A stretch of 64,000 bases of DNA from Octopus vulgaris (taxonomy: Eukaryota), in assembly GCA_951406725.2 (NCBI GenBank), contig OX597818.1:98332001-98396000 (forward strand). Direction: 5' to 3'. The position numbers were made by a program, and so were the translations under genes. How positions within the stretch are numbered: the stretch's first letter is position 1; the number at the start of each line of letters is the position of its first letter. Shown one piece after another: positions 1-13,626 of the stretch. The notes under the pieces were generated by a model. The model was not told the origin of the DNA and did not search any database. It saw only the letters and a list, made by a program, of their open reading frames with translations.

Positions 1-19
1 TATATATATATATATATAT

Positions 20-155
20 GTAAACAGTAAAAAATAAATACAGACATGGACAAGAACATGAAACACCAAAGAGACGACACAAGAACCACAGGACGGGACA
101 TTCGAAGCCCTCAGTCATCAGTCAAGAACCAGATCATCTTCGCAATTTCGGCTGA

Positions 156-160
<5 letters not shown>
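20..160 (-). repeat. Short (TA)n-flanked interspersed repeat; inverted paralog at 62230-62392
   Basis: Reverse complement matches 62255-62392 (attaatcaNccgaaattgcgaagatgatc..ggttcttgactgatga..gagggcttcgaatgtcccgtcc). Confidence 0.8.
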
Positions 161-189
<29 letters not shown>

Positions 190-212
190 AATGAATGTTT
201 TTATATATAATG

Positions 213-267
<55 letters not shown>

Positions 268-593
268 ATGTATATATATATTACTAGCTGCTGCCAACTA
301 CCTAGAACTCACAAGAGTAAAAACGAGAGACAGACAGAAAAAAGGAAAATGTCCCTTGCATTTGAAAACTATGGAAATATTTTTAAAAACATTTCATTTA
401 ATTTTTCCACAATATAATTGTTTTTCATACTTTAGTCTAAGTTGAAAAAGTTGCTTCCCAACAGTGGTTCAGTCCCATTGCGTGGCACTTTGGCCAAGTT
501 TCTTTTACTATAGCCTCGGGCCGACCAAAACCTTGTGAGTGGATTTTGTAGACGGAAACTGTAAAAAGCCTGTCGTATATATATATATATATA

Positions 594-676
<83 letters not shown>

Positions 677-1234
677 GTATATGCATGTATGTATGTACAA
701 CCGATGTAAAACGCAGAAAATTTCTGTATCGCTATTGGCTAAAAATACGTAGCTTCTTTCGATTTTTAAACCTCTAACTTTTTCCTCCAATGTTTTTCTC
801 CACAGCATCATACCATCATAGCAATAAGAGTGGAAGACTACATTGTTATAGCCGATGACTACATTATTATAGCCGATTTGCTCGGCTAAACCCTTTAACG
901 AGGCGCCCCCACCTACAGCAAGGCCACAGTTCATATAACCGAAACGAAAGAGAGAGCAAAAAAGAAAGCTCAAATGACATTAGAAAAATGTTGTTCCTAA
1001 TGTACGAAGGGACGGCTGTCGTCGTGGTTGAAACGTCTTTGAACTGCTAGAAATAAAGCGATGTCACCCTCAAACCCTTGTCTCTACCTGGTTGGAACTA
1101 TACGCACGAAGAAAACATTGAGCAGCGTTTAGTCCGGTGCTGTATAGGTTGTTGTTTCTTTTTAGGACAACCACAGCTGTGTTGCATGCGTTCTAATAAT
1201 AGCGTAGTGAAGACGTCTCTATCCTGTTTCTATA

Positions 1235-1253
1235 ACAAAAAAAGAAGGAAGGA

Positions 1254-1307
<54 letters not shown>

Positions 1308-1451
1308 AAAAAGAAGGAAAGATAATGAAAAAAAGACAGACAGAAAATAAGAAAGAAAGAAAAAGAAAAGAAAAAAGAGAAAGAGAAAAATGAAGAAAAA
1401 GAGAGAAAGAAAAGTAGAAAGAGAGAAAGTAAAAGGGAAAGAAAGTGAGAG

Positions 1452-1502
<51 letters not shown>

Positions 1503-1505
1503 AAA
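1235..1505. repeat. Polypurine (GAAA)n-rich simple repeat
   Basis: Direct inspection; similar tract at 44288-44428. Confidence 0.9.
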
Positions 1506-1828
1506 GTATGACAATCAGAACAAAAGTAAAGTCGACCAAAAGCTGTTGGCATAGCCAGCCAGTTAGCCAGCCAGCAGGCAGCTAGTCAGCAAGCCACCAA
1601 ACCAACCGACCAACCAACCAGCCAGCCAGCTCGGCTGTAAATATGAGATTAGGTCACTGCAAACATAAAAATAACATAAAACAAGAAGTGTTCCAGTGAG
1701 AAAATTAATACAACAACAAAACCGGAGATGAATCTCTAACACGTTTAACTTGTTTAACGAACAAAACACGTGTAATGAGGTTTTGTGTTTTTGGTGTATA
1801 CATACATGTGCCAGTTTATACATACCTG

Positions 1829-2575
1829 GGGCGGCGAGCTGGCAGAAACGTTAGCACGCCGGGCGAAATGCTTAGCGGTATTTCGTCTGCCGCTACGTTC
1901 TGAGTTCAAATTCCGCCAAGGTCGACTTTGCCTTTCATCCTTTCGGAAATCGATTAAATAAGTACCAGTTACGCACTGGGGTCGATATAATCGACTTAAT
2001 CCGTTTGTCTGTCCTTGTTTGACCCCTCTGTGTGTAGCCCCTTGTGGACAGTAAAGAAATAAGAAACGATAGCACGCCGGGCGAAATGCTTTGCGGTATT
2101 TTGTCTGCCGCTGCGTTCTGAGTTCAAATTCCGTCGAGGTCGACTTTGCCTTTCATCCTTTTGGAGTCGATTAAATAAGTACTAGTTACGTACTGGGGTC
2201 GATGTTTGTCCTCTCTGTGTTTAGCCCTTGTGGGTAGTTAAGAAATAGGTATTTCGTCTGCCGTTACGTTCTGAGTTCAAATTCCGCCGAGGTCGACTTT
2301 GCCTTTCATCCTTTTTGGGTCGATTAAATAAGTACCAGTTACGCACTGGGGTCGATATAATCGTCTTAATCCGTTTATCTGTCCTTGTTTGTCTCCTCTG
2401 TGTTTAGCTCCTTGTGGATAGTAAAAAATAGGTATTTCGTCTGTCTGAGTTCAAATTCCGTCAAGGTTGACTTTGCTTTTCATCCTTTCAGGACCGATAA
2501 ATCTAGTACCAATTGCGTACTGGAGTCGATCTAATCGACTGGTCTCCTTCCCTTGTACCTAGAGTAGAAAAGTAT
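1829..2575 (+). mobile_element. SINE family A (tRNA-derived), tandem array of about 4 units
   Basis: Head ggcggcgagctggcagaaacgttagc (A-box-like) and gagttcaaattcc (B-box GTTCRANNC), body gtcgactttgcctttcatcc...aagtaccagttacgcactggggtcga, tail gtaaagaaatag; repeated head-to-tail. Confidence 0.85.
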
Positions 2576-2654
2576 ATAAATACCTGTCGTGGCCGGTGTT
2601 GTTGTTAATCTCGAGAGAGATATACTTACATACATCTAGACACATATATACATA

Positions 2655-2791
<137 letters not shown>

Positions 2792-2822
2792 ATACATACG
2801 TATATATGTTTCCTCCAAGTAA

Positions 2823-2875
<53 letters not shown>

Positions 2876-2896
2876 ATATATATAAACCATAAAATA

Positions 2897-3297
2897 TGGC
2901 TGTGTGGTAAGAAGCTTGCTTCCCAACCACATGGTACCGGATTCATTCCAACTGCGTGGCCCCTTGGGCAAGGGTCTTATACTTTAGTCTCGGGCCTACC
3001 AAAGCCTTGTGAGTAGACTAGGTAGACGGAAACTGAAAGAAACCCGTTATATATATATATTTGTGTCTTTGTGTCAGTGTTTGTTCTCATCACCACCATC
3101 ACTTGACAACCGATGTTCGTGTGTTTACATTACCGTAAATTAGCAGTTCGGCCAAAGAGAGCGATAGAATAAGTACTAGGCTTACAAAGAATAGGTCCTG
3201 GGGCCTATTTCTTCAACTAATCCCTTTCAGGTGGAGCTCCAGCATGACTACAGTCTAATGACTGAATAAAAGCAAGAGTAAAGAGTAAAAGAGTAAA
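2897..3297 (+). mobile_element. SINE family B, near full length (tRNA-like head, CORE-like ccttgggcaag segment, internal microsatellite, (AGTAAAAG)n tail)
   Basis: Matches many other copies in the window (445-580, 6745-7080, 9540-9985, 11198-11765, 17465-17855, 23005-23385, 26065-26555, 32675-33058, 41772-42125, 49137-49528, 56125-56575, 59325-59700). Confidence 0.85.
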
Positions 3298-3380
3298 TGT
3301 CTGTGTGTGTGCGTGTGTGTATGTATGTATATATATATATATATGTATGTATTATATATATATATATATATGTATGTATA

Positions 3381-3474
<94 letters not shown>

Positions 3475-3689
3475 CCAGTATTGCATGGGTGAAACTTAGA
3501 TCAGAAAAGTGAAATGTAAAAATTATGAAAATTATTCAGTATGTTGATCAAAGTAAGGGAGGGAGAAATTTACAAACATTGAATCAAAGATTTATTTGAA
3601 GTTACAATATTTCTATATGTACCACATTGCATAACTTCTCAAAGGAGTATATATGTATATATTTAATGATTATTAGGAGTTCCCTTTCT

Positions 3690-4650
3690 TAAGCATCTTA
3701 CATAGAATTAACCCAGACAGAAGCAATCTTTATGTAATTGTAGGCCAACAACTTTCAAGGTTTGTCCCTGAGATTTGTTGATTGACCTGAAACATAATTT
3801 TACTGGAAATTGTAAGAGCTTAAACTAAAATGGCATTTGTGATGTTATATGAAGTATCTTTAGAATAAAAGTATTTACTCTCTTGCCAGAACTAATTTGA
3901 ATGTGTTGTTCAATGATATGAGGCTGCAATACCTTCATCATTAATCTATACCATTTCAGAGCTAAAGCCGAATTAAATTTCATTATAGAAAGTCCAACTT
4001 TAAGCTGTAGTTGGCGAGAAGGCAATCCTGGAGGCTCCAAACGATTCCGAAATTCTGGTTATCAACTTCATTTTGATCAATAACTATATCAATTGATTTG
4101 AAATATTTCTGTGTAGAATTTTTTTTTTTTTTTTTTGATAAACTTAACTGTCACATTTTCGGTTTGAATATTGTTCTTCCACACAGCCAAGTTTTACAGC
4201 AATAATAAAAGTTACAAAATACTTTTTTCTATTTAATTAATTAACGCTGGATCACCGTGCTTCAATGTAGATATAACTTTTCGGCCATTATTTGCAAGAA
4301 CTTTTCCGTTACAGAGCTCTTGCAAGTTTTGTGTAAATAAACTTGAATTTGCATTACCATAACTTGCTCGTATGTTCGTTGTAAGCTTCAAGGTTTGTGT
4401 CACCACCATTCTTGAATTTCGTAAGTTTTTTTCCCGTTATGTATGACTGGTAATCTGGCAAAAATCTTACATCTTGTAGAGTTCTGTTCAGGGTCTCCAG
4501 TGTCTTTAATAAGCCAGTGTGGAGTCATTCCAGACTGTAAATTCATAACTTTAAGACTCTCCCATGCACAGCTAAATCTGAAACGATGGTTGAATACAGA
4601 GTGAACTGTGCGACCTCCATACAACATTATTGCAACTATACCAAAGAGGT
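3690..4650 (-). pseudogene. Degenerate PIF1-family helicase domain of a Helitron RepHel
   Basis: Minus-strand translations give GIVAIMLYGGRTVHSVF, RLPVI, LKLTTNIR, LEPPGLPSRQLQLKVGLSIM, FKLLQFPVKLCF and INKSQGQTLKVVGL, the ordered PIF1/Helitron helicase motifs (GGRTAHS; LPPHxLxLKVG; QFPV; TINKSQGQT), with stops and frameshifts. Confidence 0.85.
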
Positions 4651-5847
4651 TACTGTTGCAGCAAATTTATATTGCTTGCGAATTTTGACCCGTAATATAT
4701 ATATATATATAACTTACTTGGAAAAGGATGCATGGCGTTCGATAATATCATTATATAAATAATATATAAATATATGCTTATATACATACGTATATGTACA
4801 TACCTACATATATATGTATATTTACATGCATATGTGGGTACAGGACATCGAAAGAAACGTTGAATACAATGAGAAACGAAAGCATAAAAACAAAAACATA
4901 GAAGCGAACTTTTTAAACAACGAAAAAAAAAAAACAGAAACGAGACATACAACATAAAGAATATTCCCCTTCTTCAGTTATCCCTGTTTCATCTACTCAT
5001 ATATTCTCTTCTACTCTAGGCACAAGGTCCGAATGTTAGTTATTATGGGACACATATATATGTGTGTTGTCCCCTCTCTATATGTGTTTGTGTGTTATGA
5101 GTGTTTATGCATGTATGTGCAGACTATGCCACCAGGAGCATTCCCAATGTAGATACGTCTATTTTATTGAGATGTACTATTCATTATATGTGAAAAGCGG
5201 TTCTACGATCAAGCCACAAGTTATGTTCATTTCACTTACGTAATACCGTTAAGGAGTTGAACTTGCAGGAAGGTGACCTGAATGTCCTATATGGATTTAA
5301 CATTGAGTTAAGAATTTGCCATAAAAATAAAGAGGTTTCTTAAAGGTAATGGGGCTGGTCGAGATAAGTGCAGTATTGTTTAGCTTTTAAATGTACACAT
5401 AAAAGCGGCGGAGTTTAATACTGGGAAAAAGAATTTTTTTTTTTATTGGGGGAAAGCTATTTTATAAGTGAGAAAACATAAAAAGCGTTTTTTATTTCTT
5501 TTTACAAACGATGATTTAACAATATTTGTATCTCTTAAATAGTTCTTTTCTTCAATTGCGATTAAGAAGTCCATCTGAAACCGGCGAATCATAACATCTT
5601 GTCTATTTTCGTTTCAAAGGAAGGTATAAACTCTGTAATCTATGGAGAAAATTGTAGTTCCTTCTTTCGTCAATTTTTTTCATTGTGTAATGTAAATTAT
5701 TGCGTAATTTATTAATTGTTAATTTCATAATTGAATACTTCCCGAAATACGAAATAAATGGAGCTTGTTATTCTTTTGCCTTCCTATAGCGTATAAAAAG
5801 CTTCCTCTTTTATATACATATATATGTATGCGTGTGTGTGTGCGTGC

Positions 5848-5893
<46 letters not shown>

Positions 5894-6108
5894 CTTATTC
5901 TAGTGCTCTCTTTTGCTGAACTGTTAAGATACGTGAACGTATGTATGTATGTATGTATGTATGTATGTATGTATGTATGTATGTATATACACGATGGGCG
6001 TCTTTCAGTTTCCATCTACAGAATCCATCACGAGGCTATAGCAGAAGACACTTGCTCAAGGTTGTCGAGTGATCTCGAAAACGTGTTGTTGGGAAGCAAA
6101 CTTCTTGT

Positions 6109-6178
<70 letters not shown>

Positions 6179-6203
6179 GAGTGAGAAAGAGAGAAAGAGA
6201 GAG

Positions 6204-6239
<36 letters not shown>

Positions 6240-7087
6240 CGAGAGAGAGAAAGAGAGAGATAGAGAGCTCCACATTAAACGCTTTTCTCGAGTGGAGTAG
6301 CAAATTCACATCATTAACTTACTCCACCTGTTACATTGACCTCTAAGATCCACGTGATTTTCTGCTCGGAATTTATTGTTTTTTTTTCTTTTGTCATTTA
6401 ATTTTGCTGTTGCTTTTGTTGTTGTTTTTATTCCCTCAGACATTCGACTCTTGGGGTCAAGTTTATTCGATGTACTTGATTAATTCATAATAGTCTATCT
6501 TTTGTTTATTATTACTTCACCTTTATTAACTTATTATGTTTGTTTTATGCTCTTGCATTTTTGTTTCATTTCATTTTATTTATCTTACATAACAGGCGCA
6601 GACATAGCTACGTGGTTCAGAAGCTCGCTTTGCAGCCACGCTGTTTCAGGTTTTGTCTCAATATGCGGCACCTTGGGTAAGTGCCTTCTATTGTAACCTT
6701 CTACCGACTATTACGTTGTTAGTGAACTTGGAATGAACACTGCGTAGTGGCTGCGTGATAAGTAGCTTGCTTACCAACCACATGGTTCTGGGCTCAGTCC
6801 CACTGCTTGGCACCTTGGGCAAGAGTACTCTACTATAACCTCGGGCCGACCAAAGCCTTGTGGGTGGATTTGGTAGACGTTTGTCTGTGTTTGTACCCCA
6901 ACATCGCTTGACAACCGATAGTGGTGTGATTACGTCCCCGAAACTTAGCGGTTCGGCCCAAAGACCGATAGAATAAGTACTAGGCTTACAAAGAATAAGT
7001 CCTGGTGTCGATTTGCTCGACTAAAGGTGGTACTCCAGCATGGCCGCAGTCAAATGACTGAAACAAGTAAAAAGAAGAAAAAAAAGA

Positions 7088-7145
<58 letters not shown>

Positions 7146-7194
7146 ATATATATATATACAAAAATACATATATGCATTCGTACATACATACATG

Positions 7195-7256
<62 letters not shown>

Positions 7257-7259
<3 letters not shown>

Positions 7260-7443
7260 AGAGTTTACGAAAAAAACAAAAGACGAAGACAGGTGGTGTA
7301 CAAAACAAACAGATGTATTATTACAACGCTCAGGAATTGAAAAAGTCTTTTACGTTTCGCTCTTCTACAAAAAGGGACACAGAAAAAAACACGGAGAGAG
7401 ACAAGGAGAGAAAAAAATGTGTGTAATGGCTAACGATCTATCA
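7257..7443 (-). mobile_element. Copy of the ~190-nt minimal-hammerhead repeat family (helix II partly deleted)
   Basis: Reverse complement of the unit at 19066-19263, 42463-42650 and 63181-63372; abuts (TA)n. Confidence 0.75.
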
Positions 7444-8178
7444 TTCTCTTCTACTCTAAGCACAAGGCCCGACATTTTGGGGGAGGTGGGCCAGTCGATT
7501 AGATCTGTCCCATACGCAACTGGTACTTAATTTATCGACCCGGAAAGGACGAAAGGCAAAGTCGACCTTCATGGAATTTGAACTCAGAAGTAAAGAGTGA
7601 CGAAATACCGCCAAACACTTCACCCGGTGTACTAACGTTTCTGCTAGCTCGTTGCCTTCTGTATATTATAGATATAGGTATATATATGTAGTTAGATCGA
7701 GCATTAAAAACATGGATTGTATTTGCTTGACGTTAAGTAAAGGTGGAAAAAAAGAGTTTTTTACGCTTCGAGCCGAGGTCTTCGCCAGAAATAGAAGAAA
7801 GGAAAGGTTCAGAGAAGGAAAAAATTCAAGAAAAGCAATGAAAATGAGTGTTTATTTGGTGGATAAAATTTACTTATGGGTTAAGGCTACCATTAGTTTC
7901 ATGTTAAGAGAGAAATCCCTTAACAATTATCGAACCTGTCACATGCAACATCGGTGCTCGTCTCCATGTATGCGCATTCGTCTGTTTATGCATACATCTA
8001 AGTGTCTGTGTGTCTTTGTGCTTGTGTTTTCCTATCCCTACCACCTGTCGATTGCCAATGTTGGTTTGTTTACGTTCCCTTAGCCTAGGGGTTCGGCAAA
8101 TGAAACTTGCAAAAAAAAAAAAAAAACCATAAGTCTTGCGGTTAATTTGTTTGACTAAAACTCTTCAACGCAGTTTCC

Positions 8179-8610
8179 GCATCTTTTCGGTTTGAGCGGC
8201 AGTTTTTAACATAATTTCTAGGTAACTAAAAAATGTTAAACTTCGTATACTGGTGGAATGTGTTTATAAAACATCTTTTTCTCTTGACTTTATTGAGAAA
8301 ATTCTGTAGTTTGTAAGATATTTGTTGTTTTTTTTCTTCCGTTTCTGCAACTTCAACCAATCACTGACGTCCATTAAGGTAAACAACATTCTGTGCCGTA
8401 TGAATATGTCCCTCGATTAAGAAACAGATTGGGTTTATTTACATTTGTGAAGAAAAAAAGATACCTTTCCTCCTACCCCTAACTAAACCTAACTAACCCT
8501 AATCGTAAAATAGCTTGAAATGCAATAGATCGATACTAGGGTCATAATTATGGGTGACAATTTCATATGACACCGCTAGAAAAAACTGCCGGTCAAACCG
8601 AAAAGATCCC
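8179..8610. mobile_element. MITE with ~27-bp TIRs inserted into a SINE B remnant
   Basis: atcttttcggtttgagcggcagttttt (8181-) versus aaaaactgccggtcaaaccgaaaagat (-8607); internal CCTAAC-like repeats near 8475-8503; SINE B sequence resumes on both sides. Confidence 0.75.
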
Positions 8611-9492
8611 GGTTCCCCAGCATGGCGATAGTCCCGTGCCCGAAAGGATTAGGTAATAAAAGATGAAAGATTAACCATTTATAATTTTCATGACTTCGTT
8701 TTTATTACGCTTTAACATAAATGTGTGTATGGAATCACGTGAACCCATTTTTGGCTCCATAGTTTGATTTCTATTGTATTTCTACACCAATAAAACATCA
8801 CATTAGAACCACCACAATCACCACCACAAACCACACACACATAAGGGGAGAAAATACCACCTCTTAATCCTACCTAATTTTCTACTTTCCCTTCGACCAC
8901 TCCCCCCTATCTATTCTATTCTCTCGCAAAACAATACCACAGAATGTCACGATTTTTCTCTTCGTCGTCCTTGTTCTCGTTGCTGTTGCTCTTGCTGTTG
9001 TTGTTCTTTTTCTTTTTCTCCCCCCCCCCCCCCTCCTCCCTGTTCTGTCTCTTACACTATTTCTTAATGGTTATTTCTTTAGAAGGAATAATATAACATG
9101 AAAGAAATAGAAACATTGAAAAAAAAAAGCATTAAAAAAACATTAAAAAAATAGATACAATAATGAAAAGACCACGAAAATAGAAACAGAAAACATTTTT
9201 TTCACGTAAGATATATTTTTACATAAAGCTGGTAAGATTCTTGGGTTTTGCTACTGTTGTTATTTTTGTTGTTGTTGTTGTTGCTATTGTTTTCTTGTTT
9301 GTTGATGTTGATGATGATGGTGTTGTTATTGTTTGTGTTTTCAGTGAAAACAGGGTATTGTTTGGAGATGTCATGTTGTTGAACTTGTTTGAATGTCTCT
9401 ACACACATACATAGACATAGATACATATCTATATTTAAATCTATCCATGCACCCACACATATCTCTGCACACAAATATATGTATATTTACAT

Positions 9493-9532
<40 letters not shown>

Positions 9533-9709
9533 CGGCGTGTAGGTGCAGGCATGGCTCTGCGGTAAGGAGTTTGATTCCTAACCACAAGGTTCCAGGTTCA
9601 TTCCTACTATACAGCACCCTGGGCAAATGTCTTCTACTATATCCTCGGGTTGAGCAAAGCCTCGTGAGTGGATTTGGTAAACAGAAACTGAAAGAAGCCC
9701 TTCATGTGT

Positions 9710-9757
<48 letters not shown>

Positions 9758-10295
9758 GCCTGTCTTTGCGTCTGCATCTGTTCCCCAACCACTGTTTGAC
9801 AACTAGTGTTGGTGTGTTTGCGTCTCCGTAACGTAGCGGTTCGGCAAAAGAGAGCGGATGAGTAAGTAGCCGGCTTAACAAAATATAGTACTGAGGTCGA
9901 ATCATTCGACTAAAATTTCTTCAAGGCCTTGCTTCAGCATGGCCGTAGTCTAATGAGTGAAACAGTTTTAAAATAAAAGTAAAAAAGTATTTGCGTAAGC
10001 GCGCATGGTTCTTTTGGCCAAACTATCGTATCTCTGTCTGCATCAGATGCCGCGATATCAAAAATTGTCAAAGTGTAGTACAACGTTTTGCTATGGTATG
10101 GTGAAACTATTTCCTTCGTTTTCTGAAAAAAGCAACATTCTGGACTTACGATACTTTTGCATAAAAGAAATTATACATACATACATATATACGTATATGT
10201 ATATATATATTTACATACATACATGTATACATATATATACATAGATACATATGCATGCATACACACATACGCATGTACATGTACACACACACACA

Positions 10296-10344
<49 letters not shown>

Positions 10345-10856
10345 ACATACATACATATATACGACGGGCTCCTTTCAGTTTCCGTCTGCCAAATCCACTC
10401 ACAATGTTTTGGTCGGCCTGAGGCTATAGTAGAAGACACTTGCCCATGGTGCCACGCTGTGGAACTAAACCCGGAACAATGTGGTTGGTAAGCAAGCTAC
10501 TTACCACACATCCCTCATATATATACATTCGAGCGTTCACACACACATATATAAAGCGACTCCAAGATGATTGATTATAGTAAGTAGGTAATCAACAGAC
10601 GTAATTAATTTTTAGCTGTGACAAAAAGAAAAAAACAACCTGTCTTTGTCGAGTATCCAGGTTCTCAGATTTAGGTCGTGTATTATGTACTTTCATTGAA
10701 ATAGTAGATATTTGAAACGAATTTATTAGTTAGCGAGTTTGTGACTACGCAAAACGTCTTGTACTTGTATTTGCGTCTTTATTCTTTCTGTGCGACTTTT
10801 TGTCTGCTTTTTCGTATGTCTGATTATATTTCATTTCTGACTATAAGAATATGGTA

Positions 10857-11182
10857 GAGGCGCAATGGCCCAGTAGTTAGGGCAGCAGACTCGTGGTGGT
10901 AGGATCGCGATTTCGATTCCCAGACCGAGCATTGTGAGTGTTTATTGGGCGAAAACATCTAAAACTCTACGAGGCTCCGGCAGTGGCGAACTCTGCTGTA
11001 CTCTTTCACCACAAATTTCTCTCACTGTTTCTGTCTGTGCCACACTGAATCTCCCCGAGAACTACGTTAAGGGTATATGTTTCTGTGAAATAATCAGCCA
11101 CTTGCACATTAATTTCTCAAGCACAATATTCCGTTGATCGGAACAGCTGGAACCCTCCTCGTCGTGACCAACGGGGTGCCAC
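10857..11182 (+). mobile_element. SINE family C (tRNA-derived)
   Basis: gaggcgcaatggcccagtagttagggcagc (A box) ... gatttcgattccc (B box); homologous to 43245-43558, 61293-61650 and the minus fragment 14283-14410. Confidence 0.8.
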
Positions 11183-11919
11183 GATAAGAATATACATTGA
11201 CTGCAGCCATGCTGGAGCTCAGTTATAAACGGTTTTAGTCGAAGAAATCAACCCCAGAACTTATTCTTTGTAAGCCTAGTACTTATTCTACCGTCTCTTT
11301 TGCCGAACCGCTCAGTTACGGGGACATAAACACACCAGCATCGGTTGTCAAGCAAGGCACAGGGAGAAACAGAGACACATACAGACAAGTATATGCATAT
11401 ATACGAGGGTTTTCTTTCAGTTTCCGTTCACCAAATCCACTCACAAGGCTTTGGTCGGCCCGAAGCTATAGTAGAAGACACCTGCCCAAGGTGCCGCGCA
11501 GTGTGACTGATCCCGGAACCATGTGGTTATACATATATATACTCTTTTGTTGTTTTACTCTTTTAATTGTTTCAGTCATTTGACTGCGGCCATACTGGAG
11601 CACCGCATTTAGTCGAGCAAATCGACCCCAGGACTTATTCTTTGTAAGCCTAGTACTTATTCTATCGGTCTCTTTTACCGAACCGCTATTAACGGGGACG
11701 GCCCGAGGCTATAGTAGAAGACACTTGCTCATGGTGACACGCAGTGGGACTGAACCCGGAACCAATTGTAGATTTATGAGATTGGAGACCCGCTGTGCCA
11801 AAGTGAGTGATTTTACGTTCTCCCAAATTTTATGACATCAATCCATACATGCATACACACACACATATATATATATATGTGTGTATGTGTATATTTATGT
11901 ATATATGTGTATATATATT

Positions 11920-11974
<55 letters not shown>

Positions 11975-12446
11975 ACATAATATGTATGTATGTATGTATG
12001 TATGTATACATATGTAGATTGAACGCCACGCATCCTCTTCCAAGTAACTTTTATCTTAATAATTTTGATGCGCACTCTATACGATCCTTTTACTCTTTCG
12101 TCTTTCTCCCTTTTTCTCTCTCTTATTCTTTTATCACTTCTTCTCCCACTATTCTATCCTATTACTCTGTCACTCTCTCTCCCTCACTCCTCCTCCCTTG
12201 CTCATGTGGCTCCCATGTGATCATTGGCCATCTTTCTTTCTCTCCGTTGTAGCTGGAACAAGGAAGATGTGTTCTTGTTTGTCTCCTGTTCTAGCTTGAT
12301 TTACGCGTTCGCCAACAACCTCATTTAGGCTTAGCAGCCCTTCCTGCTTGTTTTCACTGCCCCCTTTGTGCAACAAACAACTGATGAGGGATCGTTATGT
12401 ATGTTGTTTGTTTTGTTGTACACATATCATGACGTCCTGTGCCCAC

Positions 12447-12490
<44 letters not shown>

Positions 12491-12603
12491 GTATATGTAT
12501 ATGTATAGATGTAAGTATGTACATATACGTATGTATGTATGTATGTATGTATGTATGTATGTATGTATGTATGTATGCATGTATGTATGTATGTATCTAT
12601 CTA

Positions 12604-12635
<32 letters not shown>

Positions 12636-12955
12636 ATTTATATTATATACATGTGCGCGTGTGTGTGTGTGCGTGTGCAAATGTGTGTGTGAGTGTGTGT
12701 GGGTGGGTGTGTGTGTATAAATACTGGTTTCAGTCATTCGATTTCGGCCAATCTAGGATATAGCCCTGAAGGATTTAGTCGAATCGACCTCATTACTCAT
12801 TATTATTATTATTATCATTATTATTATTATTATTATTATCTTAAAATGCTACTTATTCTGACGGAGTATTTTGCCGAATCGCGAAGTATGGAGATCGTAA
12901 ACAATCCGCCACTGGTTGGCAGGCGATGATGCTGGAGGAAGATCGTAAGCATATA

Positions 12956-13000
<45 letters not shown>

Positions 13001-13626
13001 TCACGTACATACGCATACACATCATCAGACAAACGGCGTCCTTTCCAATCTTCTATGAAAGCATGTCTGACCATGGGGGAAGTATATTATTTTGCATGGA
13101 AACAAAAGTGGGAGTTGGCGACAGGACGGGTATCCGGTCATAGAAAATCTGCTTCAACGGATTCGGCCTGACCCATACAAACAAGGTAAGGCGGACGTTA
13201 AAACGAAAACGATGACGACGATACTGCTGCTGCTGCTGTTGCTGATATATATCTTATAAACCTTTAATATAACAATGATCAATAAAAAGAACCATAAATA
13301 GAATTTCCGTCCATGAGTATTCTGGGGTTCGCTCAGTTAAACTATTAAGATTATTAAATTTGCTTGTACGTGGTTGAGTATTCCTCAGACACGTGGACAT
13401 TCATGACCGGATCATTAAATCCAACGGGTTTTCATGTTGTTTCTGTCTATCCAATTTCATTCACATGGTGTGGATTTACCAAGGCTATGGGGGGAAAAAG
13501 AAAACGGACTTACCCTGGATACCTTATAGTAAGTTGGAACATCACATCTCATGATTGTAAATCTAACTGCGAAGCCACTCAACCATAACTACTTCTGTAA
13601 TATTCACCACAAATACATCACTATTA

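Noticed and set aside
1829-2575. Regularly spaced repeats resembling a CRISPR array
   Set aside because: Whole ~183-nt units repeat with no unique spacers; eukaryotic SINE context, no cas genes.
8470-8505. CCTAAC runs as an interstitial telomere
   Set aside because: Few degenerate units internal to a MITE.
10857-10930. tRNA-like heads (also 39203, 43245, 61293) as tRNA genes
   Set aside because: A/B boxes present but no clean cloverleaf, and each continues into a multi-copy SINE body.
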